DNA from: Octopus sinensis
Taxonomy: Eukaryota
Length of the DNA: 64,000 nt
Reading direction: 5' to 3'
NCBI RefSeq assembly: GCF_006345805.1
Contig: NC_043010.1
Location: 28,954,001 to 29,018,000 of the forward strand
Part shown: positions 24,830-36,670 of the stretch, one piece after another
Layout of the letters: every line of letters starts with the position of its first letter
Numbering within the stretch: the first letter of the stretch is position 1
Made by a program: the position numbers and the translations under genes
The notes under the pieces: model-generated
Database searches by the model: none
What the model was told of the DNA's origin: nothing
The model's input: only the letters and a program-made list of their open reading frames with translations

Positions 24830-25290
24830 ATCCCCCACTCTCTCTTTATATATAAATATGTACACACACGCACACTGACAGCAATGTACCATTCTATCCA
24901 CTCCCAATTATAATAATATTCATAGAAATTTGGGATATTTCCATTTAAGGGATGTTTTGTAGGCTGTTGAAATTTCAAGGAAGTGATGGTGGGTTAGTTT
25001 TAATGATTTTTCTAGGAAGACCTGAATTCTTTTTTGTATTTATTGAATGTGTATGGGTGTATGAATGTTCTGTGCCTGTGTGTGTACCCATACAGACATA
25101 TGTGTGTGTGTATGTATATATACATAAATGTGTGTATGTATGTAACATACTTCATGTGTGCATTCATTGATTCCTACACATATATCGTTGCATAGAGTTA
25201 AATGGTTGTGTGTTGTCAAAATGTATGAATATATATGTGTTTCTATACTGCTGTATATATAATTTTGTGTGTGAGTGTATATATATATAT
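19270..25290. repeat. Microsatellite-saturated region: (TA)n, (CA)n, (GA)n, (CAC)n, (CAT)n, (CAA)n
   Basis: Includes a near-pure A/T block at ~21720-22160, trinucleotide arrays at ~23330-24010 and TA blocks at ~24340-24830; the ORFs here are low-complexity artefacts. Confidence 0.9.
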
Positions 25291-25760
25291 AAACTTATAA
25301 AATTGACATACAAATTGGGCAAATTTAACTATATTTATGTAGACTGAACAGCCTTGATCAATTTTTTTAACTGTATTCAGTTCTCATTAGAAGTGACTTC
25401 ATCATTTGACCAATCCTAGAGAAAGAAGTAGCCAACAAATCCAGTAGCTTCAGAGATCTGGAGCTACTAATTTGCATAAAGTATTTCAGACATTATTTAA
25501 TATTTCTGTCTGTCTGTCAACAAGGATCTCAAAGCAGTACCAAACTATTATATAATATATCTAACTGATCTAGTAGACACAAATAAGACAAATTTAACTA
25601 CTCTGCAGATTGAAGAAAATGATGAATAACTTTAATTGATTTTCAAACCTTATGGGGTTCTAATCAGATGTGCTCCCTCACATTCTGTATCTCTTTCTTT
25701 CTCACTCTTGGCAATTTTTTACCTCCTTCTTCCTCTTCTTTTGGACTTTCCTATGTCTCC

Positions 25761-25797
25761 TGTTTCTGAAGAAGAGCTTTGCTCGAAATGTAAAACA
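25761..25797 (+). ncRNA. Minimal type I hammerhead ribozyme motif in a Penelope-like terminal repeat remnant
   Basis: TGTTT-CTGAAGA-A-GAGC-TTT-GCTC-GAAA-T-GTA-AAACA: 5-bp stem I, 4-bp stem II, GUA cleavage triplet; position 15.2 is T rather than C (possible CpG decay). A pyrimidine-rich UTR-like flank and a KPYGVL peptide upstream weakly recall a GIY-YIG C-terminus. Confidence 0.65.
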
Positions 25798-25933
25798 AAC
25801 CACTCTTTCTTTCCTTTTCTGAGCGTCTTATTAATACTTTGCATGTACCACATTCTCGCATTGTTTTATTTCTTGATTTTTTCTCTCTGTTTATTTTTTG
25901 ATTAATTATATATAATCAAAATCAAATTTGATG

Positions 25934-26480
25934 ACTGGCACCTGTGCTAGCAGGATGCAAAGAGCACCATACGAGTGTGATCGTTGACAGAGCGGCTAAC
26001 CGGCTTCCATGCCAGTGGCACATAAAAGGCACCATTCGAGTGTGATCATTACCAGCATCGCCTTACTGGCACTTGAGCCCCGTGCTAGTAGGGTATTAAG
26101 AGCACCATCCGAGCGTGATCGTTTCCAGAGCAGCTAACTGGTTTCTGTGCCAGTGGCACGTAAAAGGCACCATTTGTGCGTGATCATTACTAGCATTGCC
26201 TTACTGGCACCTGTGCCGGTTGCATGTGTAAAAAGATTCGAGTGAGGTTGTTGCCAGTATTGCCTGACTGGCCCCTGTGCCGGTGGCATGTAAAAGCACC
26301 CACTACACTCTTGGAGTGGTTGGTGTTAGGAAGGGCATCCAGCTGTAGAAACTCTGCCAGATCAAGATTGGAGCCTTGTGCAGCCATCTGGTTCGCCAGC
26401 CCTCAGTCAAATCATTCAACCCATGCTAGCATGGAAAGCAGACGTTAAACGACGACAATGATGATGATGATGATGATGAT
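25934..26480 (+). mobile_element. Retroposon with a ~60-70 bp higher-order minisatellite body and an RTE-type (GAT)n tail
   Basis: Six related monomers (A-B-A-B-C-D) containing GCACC..CGAGTGTGATC and GTGCC.GTGGCA motifs, followed by GTTAGGAAGGGCATCCAGCTGTAGAAAC...GACGTTAAACGACGAC(AAT)(GAT)n. Confidence 0.75.
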
Positions 26481-27013
26481 ATATATATATATAAATATAT
26501 AATACATATTGAGTGAGTGGAACAGGTAAAATCCACACTACATATGTTTCCTAGCTAGCAGCTCCTCTGATGTAATGATTACTCAATGAGAGATACTCAA
26601 CCGGCTACTCATCAGGCTGAAGATACTTTAATTATATGAAGGTTACATTGTTGTTGAGGAAATCCAAGTTTTTTCAGCATATTGATTCCAATATGGGAAA
26701 AACTTACTTCGGAAGAGATTCGACTTTCAAATAATTTTAAATTTAATTAATTTTCTGAGAGCCTGAATTGAAACACCTGTAAGAGATGTTTGTCAATTTT
26801 TTAATTAATAAATAATAATTAATTAATTACTTCCTATTCTCTCATCTTATTATTATAATAAATAAAATATATATAAACCATGGTTTATAAAGTTACCTTG
26901 CATGGAGTTTTAAATATAATGTTCAATACTCTTTGTATAGTAGGTAATTAACCAGTACTTTCATAGGATTTTGCTATTCCTTAATGAGGTTTGAAACCTT
27001 TAATTGTGCTTAT

Positions 27014-27078
<65 letters not shown>

Positions 27079-27169
27079 ATATATAGATGTATATGTATAT
27101 ATAGATGTATGTATATATATATATATATATGCATACTTATATATATATAGATAGATATATAAAATTATA

Positions 27170-27642
27170 AATTAGGGTATCTACAAGATACCATCATGCT
27201 GAAAATAGCAGCACTGATCTGACTCTAAAACCACCTTAATTGTCCATATACCAACACGGAGAGAAAACAAAGAGACAAGATGAAACTAGTAAAAAATTAC
27301 TGGATAATTCTAGATCCTAGATTTCTGGATGGTCAAAATATCACCGCAGTAAATACAGTGATGAAATAAATTTAAATTTATATAAATAAGGATAAGATGT
27401 TAATTTAAAAATAAAATAATGATTTTATCAAGTGGTCTGTATGGAAAAAATTACCTTCAAAGGTAATAATTATTAGAATTACGAATTAGGGTATCTACAA
27501 GATACCACCATGCTGAAAATAGCAGCCATGATCTGACCCTAAAACCACCTTAATTGTCCATATATCAACACGGAGAGAAAACAAAGAGACAAGATGAAAC
27601 TAGTAAAAAATTACTGGATAATTCTAGATCCTGGATTTCTGG
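27170..27642. repeat. 159-bp direct repeat pair (offset 314 bp) after a (TA)n tract
   Basis: 27170-27328 and 27484-27642 are nearly identical (few substitutions); each starts with the hairpin GGTATCT-ACA-AGATACC. Confidence 0.85.
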
Positions 27643-27804
27643 CTTTGCATTTAGGAATGCTTTGCTTCATCAGTAGAATTGCCCCCAAAAAGGATGAAAG
27701 GCGAAGTCAACCACAGCAAAATTTGCTCTCAGTACATACAGACAAAGCACTACAAAGCATTTTGCCTGGCACGCTAATGATTTCGCCAGCTTGCCGCCTT
27801 AAAA

Positions 27805-28040
27805 ATAATAATAATAATCCTTTCTACTATAGGCACAAAACCGGAAATTTTGGCGGAGGGGACGAGTCAATTACATCAACCCCAGTGTTTCACTGGCAGC
27901 TTAATTTATCGACCTCAAAGGGATGAAAGGTAAAGTTGACCTCTGCAGAATTTGAACTCAGAACATAGCGACAGGTGAAGTACCGCTAAGCACTTTGCTA
28001 GGTGTGCTAACGATTTTGTCAGCTTGCTGCCTTAATAATA
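27805..28040 (-). mobile_element. SINE type B, tail variant TGTGCCTATAGTAGAAAGG(ATT)n
   Basis: Reverse-complement head, core and tail, flanked by (AAT)n; a partial copy lies at ~27665-27800. Confidence 0.8.
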
Positions 28041-28059
28041 ATAATAATAATAAACTTTT

Positions 28060-28400
28060 ATCTTTCATTCATTTCAGTCATCAGACTGCATCCATGCTGG
28101 GGCACCGCCTTGAGGAATTTTAATCAAGCTAATTGACTCCAGTACTTATTTTTTCTAAAGCCTGGTACTTATTCTATCGATCTCTTTTGCTGAACTGCTA
28201 AGTTACAGGTTGTCAAGGGGGTGGGGAACAAACAAACAAAAAGATACACACACACACATAGATAATGGGCTTTCTTCAGTTTCCATCAACAAAATCCACT
28301 CAAGGCTTTGAACGGTCTGAGGCTATAGTAGAAGACACTTGTCCAAAGTTCCATGCAGCTGGAGTGAACATGAAACTATGTGGTTGGGAAGCAAACTCTG
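28060..28400 (-). mobile_element. SINE type A
   Basis: Reverse-complement tail, 3' half and head. Confidence 0.75.
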
Positions 28401-28589
28401 CTTTTAGGGTGATGGATGAGGAAGACAGTACAGAGACTGTCATAAATGTGTTGGTTTACATATAACAAAATGATAAAAAATATGTAAATGGTAAACATGG
28501 TATATATAATAAAAATAGAAGTATACATTGTATATATCAATAAAATAAAAAGTGGGATAATTGTGATGTGATTATTCGGATACAGGAGG

Positions 28590-30350
28590 ACCTCTAGGGC
28601 CAATCAAGGAACACCACCTTCCAAGGCACCACCATCCAAGACACCTTCATCCAAGATCTCCCTGAACACTGCAGTCAATTGCCCACTCCATTTCATGTTC
28701 TCTGACTTACAGGTCTACACTGTAAGTTGGATTGGCGCCATCCTTTCTTGTCATCTTTGCAACCTTCAATAAATTCACTCAAGGATGGCATTTCCCTCTC
28801 TACCCTCACCTTTTCAAATGAAACTTGAAAAAGTCAATGAGGGCTCTGCCAAACAGGAATATCTCTACCCTCATGTCTTTCAGCCTCGTCCTTATCATAA
28901 TCACCATCAGACAAAAGAAAGGCGGCAGGGTAGTCAACATTATGGACTTGGCTAATAGATCTGTCTCATGTGCGACTGCAGCTGTTCGACATAATTCCAC
29001 AAGTAAGCAATGTCCAGACACTGAATGAATGCATGTAGAATGGTTTCCTTACTCTGCATGCACCTTGGACAAGTCAGTCTGATTGCACATTAGAATCTGT
29101 AGAGTTTATCTCAAACTGGTAGTGTACCTTGGTAGTACTGTCAGGCTAAGGACTTCTGGATGTTATCCATGGTACTCCTTGACTGGAATCCTCCAGAATA
29201 GACTAGCATTTTGTTTTTGAGGACATCCAAAGTTTCCTCAAGAATGTCGTTGCTCTTCCCTGCCACTAATCCTCTATTTATTGCTAAAGCAGAACATCTA
29301 CCATTTCCATTGCCTGACTGGTAAAGGGCTGTGAGCATCTTATGACACTCTAAGGGCTAGGCGCCCACTCTGGGGTTTTTTTTCTCTCCAGGACTGCAGC
29401 TTCATCAAGGAGATGAGCAGAAAAACATGTCTCCTGAATGGTGCCTACACATATTCAACCTCTGGTAATCTTTACAAGTGGAGCAACCTCAACTCATGTC
29501 TGTACATCAGCAGCCACAGAATGCTTAAGCTGTCACACAGTAGGTGATGGTAGAAGACTAACAGCCTGAACACTGGAACATGTTAGTTCCACAAGAAATT
29601 TATAACAGGCATTCCAACCTAATCAAGCGGTAGCCGAGGCAAGACATGCCGGTCAGGCAGTAAATAATAATGGAGGCGATGCAGGAATTCGCCACCTTTG
29701 CCCATCCCTTCAAGGACAGCTTCCTCTCTGCTCTTTTCTGAGTAAGACTGGTCACCCTGTTTGTCAGCATGTCATAGTTGTTTTCCATCTGGAAATCGGG
29801 ACTGAACCAGACCTTGAACAGTTTAACTGGTCCATCAGTCCAGCTTCTAACAATGCTGTCTAACAGTATAGACCTGCATCTTTAGCTGTCCAGTCACAAA
29901 CCTACTAACTTGTTGGCATTGATTTTGGCTCCAACAATAAATTTGTATTGTTTTCTTATGGTGCTGACAATTTCCACTATGGAGACATCCAACACCATGA
30001 TGGTGGCGTCATCTGTATGTATGCCCCTCAACTGTTCCAACTTCAGCAGCAGTGGCTCAAGAGCCAGTATGTACAAAAGAAGAGACAGTGGGATACTGTG
30101 ACGGACTGAGCGTGCAACGTGAAACGGTTTTGACAGGTGACCGTTTTTTTTTTACCACCGAGAAGGTACTGCTCTGCATTGCAGTGGTCCAACCTCTGAA
30201 AGCTGGTCCCAACCCAGCTGATTTCAGGATGGCTTCTAATAGCGGTGTATCACACAAGGTGGAGTTTGTTGTTGATGAACCTGTTCAGAATCCCACATGT
30301 TCATTCTTTTCCAAACAGACAACCGACGACAAATGTCAGCCTTTTCGTTA
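28590..30350 (-). pseudogene. Old 5'-truncated Tx1/L1-clade LINE remnant (RT C-half to 3' UTR)
   Basis: Peptides LEAILKSAGLGPAFRGW, LSPSQY/YILALEPLLLKL, GAKINANKLVGL, RAERKLSLKGWAKVANSCIASIIIYCLT and FLFGRALIDFFKFHLKR are homologous to the ORF2 pieces at 49491-52891 and 58672-61564. Confidence 0.8.
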
Positions 30351-30726
30351 ACACTCCAGTCAAAGACTTAAACTCTGTGTTTAGCAGGAACTGGATTAGG
30401 GAACTAGTTAAGTGGCAGTTGATGGAAGTAAATCTGAGAGTGCACCATTAAATAAGGAGGAGGCAGTGCCATCTGGTGCACCCTCTTAGCAACAGGCATA
30501 CTTGTTGATGCATATGACAGCTTTTGTCCCAAATTGTTTCCCCTTTACATACATGTAAAGGGCCACACATCCTTGAGGCATTTTTCAGTTTCTGCCAGAA
30601 TAGGAAATTTAAGTTTCCTCTCATGAGAGATGCACTTATACAGAATCGTTTTTCTCATTCAGAGTTAGTTTTCCACTTCTCATTAAGCAGCATAACCCAC
30701 TAGCTTCACAATAGCAGTTTTGTACA

Positions 30727-30839
30727 GGAGGGCTTTACCTTTTAAACCTAGCACTGAATGCTTGGAGGACTTTACCTTTTAGATTTTGCACTGAATGCTT
30801 GGAGGACTTTATCTTTTAGCTCTTGCACTGAATGCTTGG
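30727..30839. repeat. 37-bp minisatellite, 3 copies
   Basis: GGAGG(G/A)CTTTA(C/T)CTTTTA......GCACTGAATGCTT repeated three times. Confidence 0.9.
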
Positions 30840-30879
30840 TCCACTGGCTAACTACCCATGAGAAAGATAAAGAGTTGTT

Positions 30880-31180
30880 GTGGTTTTTATATTGTTATTA
30901 CAACTGTGTTTGATGTTGGTGTTGTTGACTGTATTCTTGATGGTGTCCTTGTTTTCATTCTTGCTTTTGCTGTTGTTGTTTTTGTCGGTGTTCACATTGT
31001 TTTTGATGCTGTTGCAGTTCTCGTGGTTTTTGCTGCTGTTGCAGTTCTCGTGGTTTTTGCTGCTGCTGCTGTTGTATGTACACATTGTTGTTGTTATTGT
31101 TATTATTGTTGTTGCAGCACTGTTGTTACTGCTGCTGCTGCTGCTTGTATTTTTGCAGGTGTTGCCGTTGTCATAGCAAC
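30880..31180. repeat. (GTT)/(GCT)-rich low-complexity tract with an internal 27-bp duplication
   Basis: GCTGTTGCAGTTCTCGTGGTTTTTGCT occurs twice in tandem at ~31008-31061. Confidence 0.75.
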
Positions 31181-31624
31181 AAGACAAAATTCCATTTCTT
31201 AGATTCAATAAATTTATTTCAGCTCCAACTTGCCTGCCATTGACACCATGTTCCATTGTCATGGCTACATTGGCACTCAAAGCTGGGTCGATGGAATGTT
31301 GTCTACAGTCAATTATTATTATTGTTTTGTGTTCCAACATTTTTCTTGAAACTGGAAAGATTTTGAAATCTTTGTTTCAAAAAGAAATTCAAAATAAATA
31401 TCTCTGAATTACACCCTTGCCTGGTGGGTGTAAGTGAACAGAAAAGTTACTACCATGATTGAGACAATGTCAGCACCAAATTTTACACAAAATAAATGAC
31501 TGAATGGAGTTTAACCACCCAAAACGACTGATAAAATTCTTAAAACTTGCAGAGTTCCAAGTTTCTGTGACATCACAGTATGGTGGCAGCAACAACAATA
31601 ATAAAAACAACAGCAAACAGCAAC

Positions 31625-31845
31625 TACAACAATCCTTTCTACTATAGGAATAAAGCCTGAAATTTTGTGGGAAGAGGGTAGGTGATTATATCATCCCCAG
31701 TGCTCAACTGGTGCTTGTTTTATCAAATCTGAAGGGATGAAAAGCGAAGTTGACTTCAGCAGAATTTGAACTCAGAATGTAAAGATCTATGAAATGTTGC
31801 TTAACATTTTGTCCAGTATGCAAGCAATTCTGCCAGCTCATTGCC

Positions 31846-31905
<60 letters not shown>

Positions 31906-32010
31906 CTTTCTACTGGAAGCACAAGGCCTCAAATTTGAACTCAGAATGGGAAGATGGACAGAATGCTGCTAAGCATTTTGCCCGGTGTGCTAACTATACT
32001 GCCAGTTTTC
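31625..32010 (-). mobile_element. Two SINE type B copies separated by (AAT)n; the second has lost the core
   Basis: 31625-31845 is complete; in 31900-32010 the tail (GCACAAGGCCTCAAATTT) is joined directly to the head (GAACTCAGAATG). Confidence 0.75.
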
Positions 32011-32043
32011 TACTTTTTATAATAATAATAATAATAATAATAA

Positions 32044-32995
32044 TTTCTTTATTAACCACAAAGGGTTTACATTAAAAAACATTGTATACAGCACAGGACA
32101 AACAGAAAGTGGGGTTGCATGAAAGTCATGTAAACAATGAAAAACAATCAATTATAACAAAATTTCCCAAAAGAGAACTCCTAGAACTGTTCATGAAAAC
32201 CTCACAAATCCATGACAGTCCTGGCCACCAGGGTAAGCACCCTTTCCACTTTGTCTACAAGCACATGCTTAGAGTAGGCCCATTCACTCGGGCTATTCTT
32301 GTGACATTCACCCACCTTTTAACAAAATTGCTGGGGTGGGGGTGGGAGCAGAACGTCTCTCTCCACCCACACTTCCTTTTTCAAGTGAAACTTGAAAACG
32401 TTGATGAGGGCTTTGCCAAAGAGGAAAGTATCTGTCTTTAGCCCTTTCAATCTGGTCCACCACAGGCTATCAGGCAAAGAAAAACAGCCTGCCCTTCCTG
32501 GCCAAAGGAAGGCAGTGGGACTATCTTCATAATAGACTCAACCGATAGCCGGATCCATTCCACGTGTGACAGCAAGTGTTTGAGATAAGCACACACGCCA
32601 GAAATACTCAAGCACTGGTCAAGAGTATGCAGAATGGCTTTGTCGCTCTGTGTACATCTCAAGTAAACTTGGCTGACTGCACTTATGTGCCTGTAAAGAG
32701 TATCCTGAACAGGCAGTGCCCCACAGTAGCACTGCCAGGCCAAAGAGTTCTGGAAATTATCCATAGGCCCTGGTTTGAAAGTTCTCTGGAACAAACCAGC
32801 CAACTCATTCTCATCGACACCCAGAGTCTCCCTGAGAGTGTCATCATGCTTACTTGCTACTAAGCCTCTATAGAAAGCCAACCACATTGCTTGATTGGCA
32901 GTGGAGTGTGAGTGCCTGACGACACTCTAGGTGCCAGGCACCCTGCCTTGGTCTATGTTTGATCCAGGACTGCAGCTCAGTCAAAGAGAGGAGCT
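32044..32995 (-). pseudogene. 5'-truncated Tx1/L1-clade LINE 3' fragment flanked by (AAT)n on both sides
   Basis: ORF 32447-32887 (FYRGLV...LFQRTFKPGPMDNFQNSLAWQCYCGALPV...SVESIMKIVP...AVFLCLIA); 3' end ...CCCTTTGTGGTTAATAAAGAA(ATT)n. Confidence 0.8.
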
Positions 32996-32999
32996 GTAA

Positions 33000-33470
33000 T
33001 AATGATAATAATAATCCTTTCTACTAAAGGCACAAGGCCTGAAATTTTGTGTGTGTGAGGGAACTAGTCGATTATATCAGCCCTAGTGTTTCACTGGTAC
33101 TTATTTCATCAACCCGAAAAGGATGAAAGGCAAAGTCAACCTTGGCAGAATTTGAACTCAGAATGTGAAGATGGATGGAATGCTGCTAAACATTTTGCTG
33201 CTAATGATACTGCCAGTTCACTGCTTTTAATAATAATAACAATAAAGATAGTCCTTTCTACTAAAGGTACAAGGCCTGAAATTTGTGGGAGGGGAGATAA
33301 TTGATTTAATTGACCCTAATACTCAACTGGTACTTATTTTATCAACCCCAAAAGGATAAAAGACAAAGTCAACCTCAGCAGATTTTGAACTCTGAATGTG
33401 AAAATGGATAAAATGATGCTAAGCATTTTGCCCGACATGCTAACGATTCTGCTAGCTCACCAACTTAATA
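33000..33470 (-). mobile_element. Two tandem SINE type B copies with TAGTAGAAAGG(ATT)n tails
   Basis: 33000-33225 and 33245-33470 each show reverse-complement tail, core and head; followed by (GAT)n(AAT)n. Confidence 0.8.
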
Positions 33471-33502
<32 letters not shown>

Positions 33503-34050
33503 AATAATAATAATAATAACTAGCTGGACCCGTGAAAAATTCATGGAAAACATAAAAAATGTAAGCATCCGTAAACAGTGTACTGGTGCCATGAGAAATG
33601 TTTGTATATTATGACTATCTGTCTTTACATTCTGAGTTCAACTTCTGCTGAGTTTGACTTTGCCTTTCGTCCTGTCGGGGTCGATAAATTAAGTATCAGT
33701 TATGTACTGGGGTCGGTCTAATCAACTGGCCCCCTCCCCACAAAAAATTCAGGCTTAGAAAAGTATATTGTAACAGTTACAGAATATAGAAAGTAATGTG
33801 ACACCATAACTATATAATCCAACCAAAATATAGTTACACAAATGTAAACGGAATTACTATTTAACCTTAAAATACATTGTACATATGCAAGGAACCATAA
33901 TGTACAAATTGAAATGCAAAAGAGTGAACTAATAAATGAATTTATGAATGAAAGTTTGGTAATTGCGTTTATTTCCACCACGCAGCACTTATTGCAAAAA
34001 TGTTTTAACCAACCAAAACTATACACAGACACAACTACATTCATATATAT

Positions 34051-35695
34051 ATATGTCTCAAGTTGTAGCTGTAATTCAAAGGGGCCAGCCTGGCCATATT
34101 CTGTGTGAGGCTGAATCTCCCTGAGAACTACATTAATGTTATGCATGTCTGTGGAGTACTCAGCCATTTGTGAGTTAATTTTATCCTCGTGTGGTAATGA
34201 AAAGTGAAATTGACATCCAATATTTGCTGTGTATGTATCTATGTATGAATTTTTCTTTGGATTTATTATCTACTGTCTCTCTTTCTCTTTCACTTCCTTT
34301 GTGTCTCTCTTCTCTCCCACTTTTGATTTAGCAATGTGTATATGTATATATGTATCTACTTCACTTGCGATGTGATAAACATTTAGAAACACAAAATGAA
34401 TGCTGTCACCACTCACTGTTTCTCTTTCTTTCTCACTTTTCTTTCTCTCTTACGTACTCTCTGAAACATTTAAAAATGCAAAGCAACTGCTATCACCACT
34501 CACTGTCTCTTTCACTCTCTCTCTCATTTTGTCAGTTCTTTGAAGTGTGACGCACACAACAGGTACGTACAAAATCAGAAATTTAATGTATTAATATTAT
34601 TGATATGTCTCAAGTTGTAGCTGTAATTCAAAGGGGTCAGCCTTATCATATTCTGTGTAAGGCTTAATCTCCTCGGGAACTACATTAATGTTATGCATGT
34701 CTGTGGAGTACTCAGCCATTTGTGAGTTAATTTTATCCTCGTGTGGTAATGAAAAGTGAAATTGACATCCAATATTTGCTGTGTATGTATCTATGTATGA
34801 ATTTTTCTTTGGATTTATTATCTACTGTCTCTCTTTCTCTTTCACTTCCTTTGTGTCTCTCTTCTCTCCCACTTTTGATTTAGCAATGTGTATATGTATA
34901 TATGTATCTACTTCACTTGCGATGTGATAAACATTTAGAAACACAAAATGAATGCTGTCACCACTCACTGTTTCTCTTTCTTTCTCACTTTTCTTTCTCT
35001 CTTACGTACTCTCTGAAACATTTAAAAATGCAAAGCAACTGCTATCACCACTCACTGTCTCTTTCACTCTCTCTCTCATTTTGTCAGTTCTTTGAAGTGT
35101 GATGCACACAACAGGTACGTACAAAATCAGAAATTTAATGTATTAATATTATTGATATGTCTCAAGTTGTAGCTGTAATTCAAAGGGGTCAGCCTTATCA
35201 TATTCTGTGTAAGGCTTAATCTCCTCGGGAACTACATTAATGTTATGCATGTCTGTGGAGTACTCAGCTATTTGTGAGTTAATTTTATCCTCATGTGGTA
35301 ATGAAAAGTGAAATTGACATCCAATATTTGCTGTGTGTATGTATCCATGTATGGACTTTTCTTTGGATTTATATATCTACTGTCTCTCTCACTTTCTCTT
35401 TTACTTCCTTTGTGTCCTTTTTCTCTCGCGCTTTTGATTTAACAATGTGTATATGTATTTATGTATCTACTTCTCTTGCAATGTGATAAACATTTAAAAA
35501 CACAAAACGAATGCTGTCACCACTCACTGTCTCTTTCATTCTCTCTTATGTCCTCTCTGAAGCATTTGAAAACACAAAATGAATGCTGTCACCACTTACT
35601 TTCTCTCTCTTGCTTTGCCACTTCTTTGAAGTAAGTGTGACACACACAACAGGTATGTACAAAAATAAGAAGTTAGTGTATAAATATTATTGATA
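34051..35695. repeat. 552-bp tandem repeat, three copies
   Basis: ATATGTCTCAAGTTGTAGCTGTAATTCAAAGGGG starts at 34051, 34603 and 35155; identical 66-aa ORFs at 34350 and 34902. Confidence 0.95.
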
Positions 35696-36615
35696 ATAAT
35701 AATAATAATCCTTTCTAGTGAAGACACAAGGCCTGAAATTTGCGGGGAGGTGTCTAGCTGATTACATTGACCCCAGTTTTTAGTTGGTACTTCATTTATT
35801 GACTCTGACAGGATGAAAGGCTAAGTCGACCTTGATGGAATTTGAACTCACAAAGTAGTGATAGGTGAAATACCACTAAGCATTTTGTATACGTATAGAT
35901 GAATGTACATATGCATATATATATACATACATATATATATTATTTATATTATTATATGACTGAACGCCACGCATCCTCTTGCAAGTAAGTTTTATCTTAG
36001 TAATTCTGATGCGCACTCTATATGATCTTTTTACTCTTTTGTTTTTCTCTCTCTTATTCTTTTACCTCCTCTTCTCCCACTATTATATCCTATTACTCTG
36101 TCACTCTCATTCCCTCACTCCTCCTCCCTTTCTTATGTGAACATCGGCCATCTTTCTTTCTTCTCCTAAATTGTGTTTCTTTCTCTCTGTTGTAGCTGGA
36201 ATAAAGAAGACATGTTCTTGTCTGTCTCCTGTCCAAGCTTGATTTACATGTTTGCCACCACAACCTCATTTAGCCTTAGCAGCCCTTCCTGTTTGTTTTC
36301 ACTGTCCTGCTTGTGTTACCAATTTTGACCCTCTGCAAAAAATCACAAATTTTATTTAATTTGCTTTGCGGGAGCAACTGTTTTATCAAAAGTGTATATT
36401 GTTGTTAAATGCTTGAAATACAAGAGTAAAAAAACAGCCAACAACTGATGAAGGGTCGTTCTTTATGTTGTTTGTTTTGTTTTCCATTTGTGTCTTTCAT
36501 TGTTCGAAAATATAGTTAATATTCCATGTACTTGTGTCCACATATGCATATATATATATATATATATATATATGTATAGATGTAAGTTATGTTCATATAC
36601 ATATGTATATAGGTA

Positions 36616-36670
<55 letters not shown>

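Noticed and set aside
865-25170. Numerous track ORFs rich in IY/HT/CV/poly-P/poly-T/poly-V dipeptides or homopolymers
   Set aside because: They are translations of (TA)n, (CA)n, (CAC)n and (GAT)n microsatellites, with no domain content or splice context.
25934-26310. CRISPR-like repeat-spacer array
   Set aside because: Eukaryotic context; the monomers are homologous along their whole length with no unique spacers and no cas genes.
26750-26790. CTGAGAG…GAAACACCTGTA as a hammerhead
   Set aside because: The core lacks one nucleotide of CUGANGA and stem II cannot be formed; at best a heavily decayed remnant.
30852-31340. 162-aa Asn/Ser/Thr-rich ORF as a gene or LINE ORF1 remnant
   Set aside because: Explained by GTT/GCT low-complexity repeats; no RRM or CCHC motif, and the alternative frames have stops.
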